Sequence record: OP380492.1
Strand: one strand, 5' to 3'
Origin: Bacillus phage Nachito
DNA: 32,000 nucleotides
Shown here: one piece after another, positions 24,906 through 32,000 of the stretch
Numbering within the stretch: the first letter of the stretch is position 1
Layout: each line of letters starts with the position of its first letter
The notes under the pieces: model-generated
The model's database searches: none
Told to the model about the DNA's origin: nothing
Seen by the model: only the letters and a program-made list of their open reading frames with translations
Translations under genes and position numbers: made by a program

Positions 24906-25391
24906 ATGGGACACATTATGAATAACGAACAACATGAAAATTATATGGATAACACTATGACGGTGGATAATGCTATGAGAAGTTTCCACTGGGAATTACG
25001 AGAATATGAGAATCACGATGCATACCCAGGCGGTGTAGTAATTCATTTGGCTCCATTAGGCAAAACAGGATTTTATGTAGGGACGTTTACAGCGTATAAT
25101 CATAATGGACTGAAGAGTCAAGATGCTTTACGATTCAGTGATTTTCTTAACATTACCTCTGAACTAGAGAATACATTGAAACAATATGACACTCACGGGT
25201 TCACAGGTAAAGTAGTTGGCTGGAAACCAAGTCAATCAATTAAGAACTTCTTACACGAGAAAAAGGCACATCGCTTATTCTTCCTTCACCAATCACAAGT
25301 ATTGGAGTTCGTGAATGAGTATATGTCTGTTAAACGTAAAGAGAAACGCAAACGTGAAGGATTGGACAAAATCATCGTAAAAATGGGCTAA
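24906..25391 (+). CDS. hypothetical protein, 161 aa
   Basis: ORF with operon spacing. Confidence 0.65.
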   Translation: MGHIMNNEQHENYMDNTMTVDNAMRSFHWELREYENHDAYPGGVVIHLAPLGKTGFYVGTFTAYNHNGLKSQDALRFSDFLNITSELENTLKQYDTHGFTGKVVGWKPSQSIKNFLHEKKAHRLFFLHQSQVLEFVNEYMSVKRKEKRKREGLDKIIVKMG

Positions 25392-25396
25392 AGGGG

Positions 25397-26653
25397 ATGT
25401 TTCATTTGTTAGAACAAGCGTTCAAACTTCTTGACGAGCTGGGAAGTACAACGAAAAAGAATGAAAAGCTGGCCATTTTAGAAAAGGGAAAAGACAATGA
25501 GGTGCTTAGAAGAATTTTCTTCTTAACATTCAATGACTTTATCACCTTTGGATTGAAGGAATATGGTGAAGTAACTGCCGACCCAAGTAAACCTATTAAT
25601 GAGGAAGCTTTCACCAAATTAGACCGCATTCTGATGGAATTAAACAACAGAACGTTTACAGGCGGTGAAGCAATTGGAATCGTTAACAACTTTATGAATA
25701 GTGTGAGCGTACCAGAACAACTCTGGTACGGACGCATTATCAGAAGAGACTTGAAGGTTGGAGTTTCAGCAAAGACTGTTAACAAGGTTATCCCTGGGAC
25801 AATTCCGACTTTTGAATGTATGTTAGCGAAAGCGTGGCACAAGGTAAAGAAAAGAGCGAAATTCATTATCATTGAGCCTAAACTGGATGGATACCGTGCT
25901 GTTATCTTCGTGAAAGGTGATACTGTCACTATACGCTCCAGAAATGGTCATATCATCCTTGGATTTACTTCTTTGGAGAAAGAGTTGGCGAAGTTCCCTG
26001 ATGGTGTATATGACGCAGAATTAACAGGGAAAGACAATCACTTCACGGATATGCAAACTCTTGCATTCGCTAAAGTGGATAACAAAGAAGCTTACTGTAA
26101 TTTCTTTGATTATCTTGCTGATGAACAAGAGTTCTGGGATAGTAAGTCAAAACTTACACTGAGAGAGCGTAAACTTCAGCTCAAAGAAATCTTTGAGAAA
26201 CAAGAAGGCAAGAAAGACACTCGTTTGGTGGCGTTCTCAGATGTTCTCCCAGGAGATTCTCCTAAAATTGACGAATACTACAAAGTATGTCTTGACAACG
26301 GATTTGAAGGAATTATGGTCAAGGATGCTGATAGTATTTACAAACAAGGTAAACATAGCGATTGGTTAAAAATCAAGCCTGTTGACACTTTTGATTTAGA
26401 AATCGTTGGTGTGGAACAAGGTGACCCGCATGGGAAATATGCGAACACTCTTGGAGCGTTTGTATGTGAATATAAAGGTAATACTGTGAATGTTTCAGGT
26501 ATGAAAGACAAGCTGCGTGACGAAGTTTGGAGCAATCCGAACGAATACATTGGGAAAATTATTGAGGTAGAAGCTCAAGAAGAATCTAGCAACCAGAAGG
26601 GTACACAGTCACTGCGTTTCCCACAATTCAAAAGATTCCGATTAGATAAGTGA
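25397..26653 (+). CDS. ATP-dependent DNA ligase
   Basis: FIIIEPKLDGYRAVIF (KxDG), SRNGHII, FEGIMVKDADSIYKQGKHSDWLKIKP. Confidence 0.9.
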   Translation: MFHLLEQAFKLLDELGSTTKKNEKLAILEKGKDNEVLRRIFFLTFNDFITFGLKEYGEVTADPSKPINEEAFTKLDRILMELNNRTFTGGEAIGIVNNFMNSVSVPEQLWYGRIIRRDLKVGVSAKTVNKVIPGTIPTFECMLAKAWHKVKKRAKFIIIEPKLDGYRAVIFVKGDTVTIRSRNGHIILGFTSLEKELAKFPDGVYDAELTGKDNHFTDMQTLAFAKVDNKEAYCNFFDYLADEQEFWDSKSKLTLRERKLQLKEIFEKQEGKKDTRLVAFSDVLPGDSPKIDEYYKVCLDNGFEGIMVKDADSIYKQGKHSDWLKIKPVDTFDLEIVGVEQGDPHGKYANTLGAFVCEYKGNTVNVSGMKDKLRDEVWSNPNEYIGKIIEVEAQEESSNQKGTQSLRFPQFKRFRLDK

Positions 26654-26657
26654 TAGT

Positions 26658-26978
26658 ATGGGATATTTAAAAGAAGTCCTAGAACAGTCCTACAAAGATG
26701 TCTATTCCATAAAAGGGAAGACACAGGCTGACGTCACTTATGGTATGTACAGAAATCAATTTGAGCGAATAGTTGGTCAAATAGCTATTTGGAAAACTCA
26801 ACAAAATCCCAATATCAAACAGCCACAGCTTGTTTTAATCGAAAAAACGTATGAACATCACGTGCTATTAAAGAAAGAAACGTTCAATTTGGAGGGTGAG
26901 AAGGGATATTTATACTTTTCAGTTAATTATGCCTCAGTCCTCTGTGGAATGGATACAATCGAATTATTGGAGTGGTAA
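26658..26978 (+). CDS. hypothetical protein, 106 aa
   Basis: ORF with operon spacing. Confidence 0.6.
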   Translation: MGYLKEVLEQSYKDVYSIKGKTQADVTYGMYRNQFERIVGQIAIWKTQQNPNIKQPQLVLIEKTYEHHVLLKKETFNLEGEKGYLYFSVNYASVLCGMDTIELLEW

Positions 26979-27622
26979 CTATGAAGGATATAGTTGAACT
27001 GATGAAAAAGTACCGTCCCTTAATTCTGGCCACATATAAACGTTTTCATCCAATGTTTAGTAAGCTTGAGGACAAAGAGGACTTGATGTCAGAAATCAAC
27101 AGTATATTCGCCAAACTGGTGGTAGAATATAATAAAAGAGTGGGTGTTGATTTTCCTTTTTATATCAAGCGAATGTTGGAACTAAGGACATATCATTTCA
27201 TTACAAAAACGATTAAACTGCGAAAGAATGAAACGGTTGTTGAAGGCTTTACCAACGATGAGATAACTTTTGGTAAAGACTGTTTTGAAGAGCGGGATGA
27301 ATTGGAAGATTTAATAAACATACTAAGCTGGGACGATGATTTCAGTATGGGCAAGAAACAGAAACAACTGTTCTTGTCCATCCTACGGGATAAACGAAGC
27401 GTGCACTCACTAGCGGAAGAGGAAGGTGTCAACGTTAGTACAATCCACACTAGGCTTCATTTTCTTGTTAAGAAGTTACGACAACAACAAGAGCTTCAAG
27501 AGGAGAATTTGGAGATTGAAGAGAATCTGAAACAAATGGATATCTTACTTGAAAATGCAAAAGACTTTGAAACGGAAGACGATGTATTATTCAGGTTTGA
27601 AGTACCGAGAAGAGAGCGATGA
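26972..27622 (+). CDS. second sigma-factor-like protein
   Basis: KLEDKEDLMSEINSIFAKLVVEYNKRVGVDFPFYIKRMLELRTYHFI (region-2-like) and SVHSLAEEEGVNVSTIHTRLHFLVKKLRQ (region-4-like HTH). Confidence 0.65.
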   Translation: MVTMKDIVELMKKYRPLILATYKRFHPMFSKLEDKEDLMSEINSIFAKLVVEYNKRVGVDFPFYIKRMLELRTYHFITKTIKLRKNETVVEGFTNDEITFGKDCFEERDELEDLINILSWDDDFSMGKKQKQLFLSILRDKRSVHSLAEEEGVNVSTIHTRLHFLVKKLRQQQELQEENLEIEENLKQMDILLENAKDFETEDDVLFRFEVPRRER

Positions 27623-27643
27623 AAATTGCTCTCTTTTTATTTT
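27611..27643 (+). terminator. intrinsic terminator
   Basis: AGAGAGC...GCTCTCT followed by TTTTATTTTT. Confidence 0.8.
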
Positions 27644-27665
27644 TCAAAAATTTACGGATAAGCAC

Positions 27666-27694
27666 TTGACTATTGGGACAAGCTATATTATGAT
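27666..27694 (+). promoter_or_regulatory. sigmaA-like promoter
   Basis: TTGACT-17 nt-TATGAT. Confidence 0.7.
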
Positions 27695-27720
27695 TGTTCT
27701 TGTAAGTTAATAAAGAACAA

Positions 27721-27751
27721 TTACCAAGTGGAAAAAGGAGCGGTTAATATG
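27721..27751 (+). promoter_or_regulatory. conserved leader cassette copy 3 (TTACCAAGTGGAAAAAGGAGCGGTTAATATG)
   Basis: Matches copies 1 and 2; preceded by hairpin ATTGTTCTT...AAGAACAAT. Confidence 0.75.
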
Positions 27752-28027
27752 TTTACGTTAACAATTATGAATAAGAATACTGGTGCAACTTATATTATGG
27801 ACGCAAAAGACAGAACTTCCCTAATAAGTCAAGGATTAGACGCAATAACACAAGATTACATAAATATGAAAGAAGAATTCACGAGCGGCTTGAAACAAAA
27901 GCACTCATTACTCAAAACGATTGAGATTATAAGCAACGATGCGGTGGCAAAAAGAATCGTATTAAATCGTTGGGGAAAACTTCTTTTAAATCAAATTACG
28001 GTGAAACAAAAAGTAAGGAGCAACTGA
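27749..28027 (+). CDS. hypothetical protein, 92 aa, candidate early gene
   Basis: ATG 27749 follows AAAAAGGAGCGGTTAAT; track start 27728 lies within the leader. Confidence 0.7.
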   Translation: MFTLTIMNKNTGATYIMDAKDRTSLISQGLDAITQDYINMKEEFTSGLKQKHSLLKTIEIISNDAVAKRIVLNRWGKLLLNQITVKQKVRSN

Positions 28028-28050
28028 TAAAGTTGCTCCTGTTTTATTTA
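28016..28050 (+). terminator. intrinsic terminator
   Basis: AGGAGCAAC-tgataaa-GTTGCTCCT followed by GTTTTATTT. Confidence 0.75.
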
Positions 28051-28189
28051 AAGTTTAATTATGAACTCTCCAATGGCCATGAGGACATAGCCTATGATAA
28101 TGTACTCAACTCCTGCTACCATAGAACACTCATCCTTTCCTGTGGGTTACTTCTATTATGCCCTGACGCATAAAAGTTATACGACCTGA

Positions 28190-28345
28190 ATTTTGACTTT
28201 CTGCAAAAAAGTTTAACAATAGATGGGGTTGAATTCACGAGCGTGCGAATACACTTGCTTTTAAGCGAGTGTCTTTAGAGATACTTTGCCCTCACTTGGT
28301 GTATTCTATTGGATTCCTGTAATCAACGGGAATCCTTTCTTTTTG
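28190..28345 (+). ncRNA. putative structured small RNA / leader ending in intrinsic terminator
   Basis: Upstream TTGACT...ACAATA; ACACTTGCT(28251-28259)/AGCGAGTGT(28264-28272); GAATACAC(28247-28254)/GTGTATTC(28299-28306); terminator GGATTCC(28311-28317)/GGAATCC(28329-28335)+TTTCTTTTT; no convincing ORF. Confidence 0.4.
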
Positions 28346-28432
28346 CCTAAAAATAAATTTTGAAATAAAGCGGAATATAGGACGCACCCACAACGTATCT
28401 TATATTAAGCAACTGATTACTGGAGGGATAAA

Positions 28433-28534
28433 ATGACTATTGTAGGAGTTGCGGTGTATCTAACGGGATTTGCTTCAGTCAGCTTTGGGACGTACCTAAT
28501 ATTAAAGAGCAAATTTGGAGGGAAGAAAAAATGA
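28433..28534 (+). CDS. 33-aa single-TM peptide, not in ORF track
   Basis: TGGAGGGATAAA-ATG; MTIVGVAVYLTGFASVSFGTYLILKSKFGGKKK; stop overlaps the next ATG. Confidence 0.65.
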   Translation: MTIVGVAVYLTGFASVSFGTYLILKSKFGGKKK

Positions 28535-28950
28535 AAAAGCATAAAGAAGTATTAGACTTCAAATCATTCTGTCGTGGGGAGAAAGTTGTTTTGAATACGA
28601 AGGAAATCAAGAAAGCCGAAAGAAAGAAGAACGCTTACAAATTAGCATTCAAAGTCGGTGTTGTTTCCACAGTTGCTATCTTCCACGCTCCTGTACCTCC
28701 ATTAGCAGTATACGCCGCTACAACGGCAGTGACAACTGTTGCCGCATCTTCAGAAGCTGGATGGGAACATCTTATAAATAAACTGTTAGAACTTCTTGAC
28801 CCAATAGCAAAGATATTCGGAATGATTGCTGGTATCGCAATCATGACTGGTAACGGAAAGATTGGTATGGAAAGGTTGTTTTGGTTATCATTGGGTTACA
28901 TTACGACAAGAAAAGTGGATGCTTGGATTGGATTCTTAAACCAACTATAA
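28531..28950 (+). CDS. small membrane protein, possible VirB2/TrbC-type T4SS component
   Basis: 139 aa; hydrophobic segments VGVVSTVAIFHAPVPPLAVYAATTAVTTVAA and IAKIFGMIAGIAIMTGNGKIGMERLFWLSLGYI. Confidence 0.4.
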   Translation: MKKHKEVLDFKSFCRGEKVVLNTKEIKKAERKKNAYKLAFKVGVVSTVAIFHAPVPPLAVYAATTAVTTVAASSEAGWEHLINKLLELLDPIAKIFGMIAGIAIMTGNGKIGMERLFWLSLGYITTRKVDAWIGFLNQL

Positions 28951-28956
28951 GGAGAG

Positions 28957-29046
28957 ATGAAAATGAAGAAAGTTAAACTTGTTGCCGAGTGTCTGATGAT
29001 TGGTGGAATTATTATAAGCGTTATCAGATTAATAATAGGATGGTGA
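28957..29046 (+). CDS. 29-aa single-TM peptide, not in ORF track
   Basis: AAGGAGAG-ATG; MKMKKVKLVAECLMIGGIIISVIRLIIGW. Confidence 0.55.
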   Translation: MKMKKVKLVAECLMIGGIIISVIRLIIGW

Positions 29047-29051
29047 GTGAG

Positions 29052-29591
29052 ATGAAAAGCGGATTCCATACGATAAAAGTTGCTTTGGCTCCATATAAAG
29101 AACAACCACCTGTGTATGACAACCCGTTGAAGTTCAACTTTCAAGGAAATCAACCAGTATCTCCATCAGTCCCATCTCCTTCAGAGATAATCCAACCAGA
29201 TACGCCAGCACCAGAAATTAGAATACCAGAAGCACAACCAGAGCCAGAAATAGAGATTGATACAACAGAAATAATCGTAGACCCAACACCGCACGTAACG
29301 ATTCCAAGCGGCTTCTTGAATGAACACGGTATTCATAACATTAAGGACGTAGCGGAAACTGATGGAGGAATAATCAATTCAATCTTTGCACCAGTTGGAC
29401 AAGCTTTCCTTGACGGATTTCACTGGTTGTTTATCAAAACACTTGAAGTAAGTCCTTTAGCATTGACAACAGTAGGACTTTGCTGCTTCATATTAACGAT
29501 TGCTTGGGGAAAAGGAAAACCGTATATGTGGGGAATGTTAGCTTGGGCGTTGAGTGCTATTATAAGGGTGATAAGTCATGAGTTCAAATAA
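29052..29591 (+). CDS. Pro-rich protein with C-terminal transmembrane segments
   Basis: Pro/Glu-rich stretch followed by PLALTTVGLCCFILTIAW...YMWGMLAWALSAIIRVI; ATG 29052 preferred over GTG 28989. Confidence 0.65.
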   Translation: MKSGFHTIKVALAPYKEQPPVYDNPLKFNFQGNQPVSPSVPSPSEIIQPDTPAPEIRIPEAQPEPEIEIDTTEIIVDPTPHVTIPSGFLNEHGIHNIKDVAETDGGIINSIFAPVGQAFLDGFHWLFIKTLEVSPLALTTVGLCCFILTIAWGKGKPYMWGMLAWALSAIIRVISHEFK

Positions 29592-32000
29592 TTGGAGAAA
29601 CATAACACAGTTCTTTGAAGTTGCGAAACAGAATCTGGTCTGCTTCAAGATAGTTCCAGATAAGTCCATAACAAACCACTCCAACTATAAGTTCTTCAAG
29701 GATGTGGCTGAATTAGAAAGTAGAAACGTGATGCAACAAGTAACGAGCGGCGTGAAGAGTTTAGTGTCTGATACGTTTATGAAGAAGGAAAAGAAAGGGT
29801 ACAAAATGGTTTTCAAACCGTCCACAGACTATATATGGTATGAGATTATGATGAAAGAAAATGAAATAAGCTTCTATGTGGTCTGTTACGAAGAGAATGC
29901 TGATTTTGTACTATTAAAACTTGAACAAGCATTCCCAAAAGCTCCAATTGAGGAGGTAGATGTTTCTGAAACAGCGATACCTTACGATGACACGGTTATA
30001 GCCGATATGAATTTACAAAGACATAATTTCTTCAGTATTAAAACAGATTATGGGGAGCAAGCACAACCAGTACAAGATGTACTGGCTTGCTCTGAAGACA
30101 TCCGAGAGGGCGATGTACTTAAGTTCTCTATGAGGGTTAAACCTTCTGATATGAATTACTGGTCTTATAAGTGTGAAGAGTGGCATAAGAAAACGTTGAA
30201 GGGTAAAGCTCCAATAAGATTACGAATCACCAAAGATGGAGTCATAGGAGCGTTATTTGGACTAAGTGACATAGCATTCCATAAGTTATCCCTTCTATTT
30301 AGGGAGCTTCACTCAATAGCGTTCAAGAAACAGAAAACTCAACAGATAGTAGTCAACCACGCTTCAGCGGAAACAAGAGAAATTGGAGGAATTTCAAGAC
30401 AAACTGGATATAAACAGACAGCTCCAGTATTCAAAGCAAATATCCGAGTAGCAAGTCATAGTTCGGACGATGTGAGAAGAACGATGAATATGAAATCTTT
30501 GACAAACGCTTTCGATGATTTGAAGGATTCCAACAACGCTCTCATAAGAACGACTATATATGAGAATCCTTCAAGCTCTTTCTTTAAAATGGCTCATAAA
30601 GAGGTGAGTGAACATAAGGTGACGCCGCTATCTATAGCCAATACGGATTTTATGATTATGTGTGATAGAGAACTTGGAAAGGTTATGCAACTGCCTACTG
30701 CGAAGCTTCAGAAGGCTTATGCGGATAAGATGGATGTGTTACAAAGGTCTGAAGTTGGGATTCCTGAAGTGTTCTTGAAACCAACTGGAGTCTTTCTTGG
30801 TAAAACTTCTTATAAAGGCGAAGAGTTTGAGACATTCTTTCCTGCTGATAATCCTGATGAAGCTATGCTTCCAATAATAAGTTCTGGTATTATGGGAAGT
30901 GGTAAAGATACGTTTGCTGCTAACTTCATAGTTGAGAATGCTCTGATGGGTAAAGGAGCGGTTATACTGGACGTAGTTGACGAAGTTGACAGAGGGATGT
31001 CTGATGCGATTATCAAAACACTACCTCCAGAGAAGCTTGTAGTGTTAGATTTCGGAAACGAAGAGTATGTGCCGTACTTAGATTGGGCGGAAGCGATGAG
31101 AACTGAAGACCGATTTACACAAAACAAATTCGCTTCTGAATTGGTTAAATTCTTTGAAACAGAAGATGAAGCTGGCGTTCAAACGGAACGTTATTTGAGA
31201 GAAGCGGCGAAAGCATTACCAAATGGAACAGTTATTCAAATGGGCTTAATGTTTACATCTCCTGAGTTCCTTGAAAAGACAATAGCAGATTGTGAGAAGA
31301 GAAAAGACATCTCAACAGCGGCTTTCTGGAAGCTCTACCAAGAGATTGGTGACGGACGAAAGAAACAGATTGCCGACCCAATTCTGAACCGATTACACAA
31401 ACTTGTTGGTGACCCAGCATTAAAAGTTATCTTTGGACAACAAGGCGATGGCTCTATTAACTTTGACGAATGGTTGTATGATGGAAAGGTTATTATCTGT
31501 AAAGTTCCGAAAGACATATTCACTTCAACGGGGATAAGAACTTTGGTTCATTGGTTAACAGTTAAAACTTGGTTGACAAAACAAGCTATGAAGCGTCAAG
31601 GAAAATACTGTCAATCTTATCTTGTAATGAACGAGCCGCACCAATTCCTTACTAAGTCATTAGCTTCAACGCTTGAAGAAATCTATCCAGAGTCACGAAA
31701 GTTCGGATTATGTGTATTTAGCTTATTCCATGACTTTGCACAGATTCCTAAAGATTTAGGAGACATAATGATATCTTCTGGTTGTAACTTTGTTGTATTG
31801 AAACAGAATAGCGATAAACTGTGGAAGAAGTTCTTACATCGTATTGAACCAGATTTCAGTTTAGAAGATTGTATGGAACTGAAAATGCACGAAGCTATGG
31901 TTGGAGTATTGGCGGATAAGAAGAATCAACCAGTTATCCGAGTTAAAATGAACGATTTACCATACAAACGTGGACTACAAGTGTATGACAACTCTGAGTA
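29578..32000 (+). CDS. large VirD4/TraG/HerA-FtsK-superfamily ATPase, truncated at window end, not in ORF track
   Basis: ATG 29578, open to the window edge. Walker-A-like LPIISSGIMGSGKDTFAANFIVENALMGKGAVILDVVDEVD...PPEKLVVLDFGNEEYVPYLDW; C-terminal SYLVMNEPHQFL. Confidence 0.7.
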   Translation, partial: MSSNNWRNITQFFEVAKQNLVCFKIVPDKSITNHSNYKFFKDVAELESRNVMQQVTSGVKSLVSDTFMKKEKKGYKMVFKPSTDYIWYEIMMKENEISFYVVCYEENADFVLLKLEQAFPKAPIEEVDVSETAIPYDDTVIADMNLQRHNFFSIKTDYGEQAQPVQDVLACSEDIREGDVLKFSMRVKPSDMNYWSYKCEEWHKKTLKGKAPIRLRITKDGVIGALFGLSDIAFHKLSLLFRELHSIAFKKQKTQQIVVNHASAETREIGGISRQTGYKQTAPVFKANIRVASHSSDDVRRTMNMKSLTNAFDDLKDSNNALIRTTIYENPSSSFFKMAHKEVSEHKVTPLSIANTDFMIMCDRELGKVMQLPTAKLQKAYADKMDVLQRSEVGIPEVFLKPTGVFLGKTSYKGEEFETFFPADNPDEAMLPIISSGIMGSGKDTFAANFIVENALMGKGAVILDVVDEVDRGMSDAIIKTLPPEKLVVLDFGNEEYVPYLDWAEAMRTEDRFTQNKFASELVKFFETEDEAGVQTERYLREAAKALPNGTVIQMGLMFTSPEFLEKTIADCEKRKDISTAAFWKLYQEIGDGRKKQIADPILNRLHKLVGDPALKVIFGQQGDGSINFDEWLYDGKVIICKVPKDIFTSTGIRTLVHWLTVKTWLTKQAMKRQGKYCQSYLVMNEPHQFLTKSLASTLEEIYPESRKFGLCVFSLFHDFAQIPKDLGDIMISSGCNFVVLKQNSDKLWKKFLHRIEPDFSLEDCMELKMHEAMVGVLADKKNQPVIRVKMNDLPYKRGLQVYDNSE

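Noticed and set aside
27970-28173. 67-aa ORF across a terminator hairpin
   Set aside because: Starts inside the preceding CDS in another frame and reads through an intrinsic terminator; no separate SD.
30810-31523. Minus-strand ORFs 30810-31127 and 31335-31523
   Set aside because: Antisense to the well-supported ATPase ORF that the track omitted because it runs off the window.
1-32000. CRISPR arrays, tRNA/rRNA genes, transposases/integrases, toxin-antitoxin pairs
   Set aside because: Looked for repeat-spacer arrays, cloverleaf-like genes and recombinase motifs and saw none I could support.

Overview
Left-truncated, almost entirely + strand window from a Bacillus/Firmicutes phage or phage-like extrachromosomal element. 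It starts inside a dUTPase gene and then encodes a PD-(D/E)XK-like nuclease, class Ib ribonucleotide reductase (nrdI/nrdE/nrdF), and small or acidic hypothetical proteins. Next are a sigma-like protein, a run of genes consistent with thymine (hmU-type) DNA hypermodification, an HU/TF1-like protein and a UDG-DNA polymerase I fusion. These are followed by a gp32-like ssDNA-binding protein, RecA, a Tad2/DUF2829-like anti-defence candidate, a 5'-3' exonuclease, an ATP-dependent DNA ligase and a second sigma-like protein. At the right edge are small membrane proteins and a large VirD4/HerA/TraG-like ATPase that runs off the window. The modification candidates are TS-like proteins, a P-loop kinase, an HMUDK-helical/aGPT-PPlase-like protein, a HAD phosphatase and an Nmad1/DUF1599-like protein. 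The most interesting non-coding signals are: (i) six copies of AGGAGA-N19/20-(G)TTTTATTA, resembling SPO1 gp28 middle promoters; (ii) a perfect 14-bp inverted repeat that hides the kinase Shine-Dalgarno only in read-through RNA; (iii) a ~29-bp G-U-rich leader hairpin with anti-SD and possible pseudoknot before the ssDNA-binding protein gene; (iv) a conserved sigmaA promoter/leader cassette at three loci; and (v) a terminator-bounded putative ncRNA at ~28.2-28.35 kb. All family assignments come from reading motifs by eye; no database search was run.
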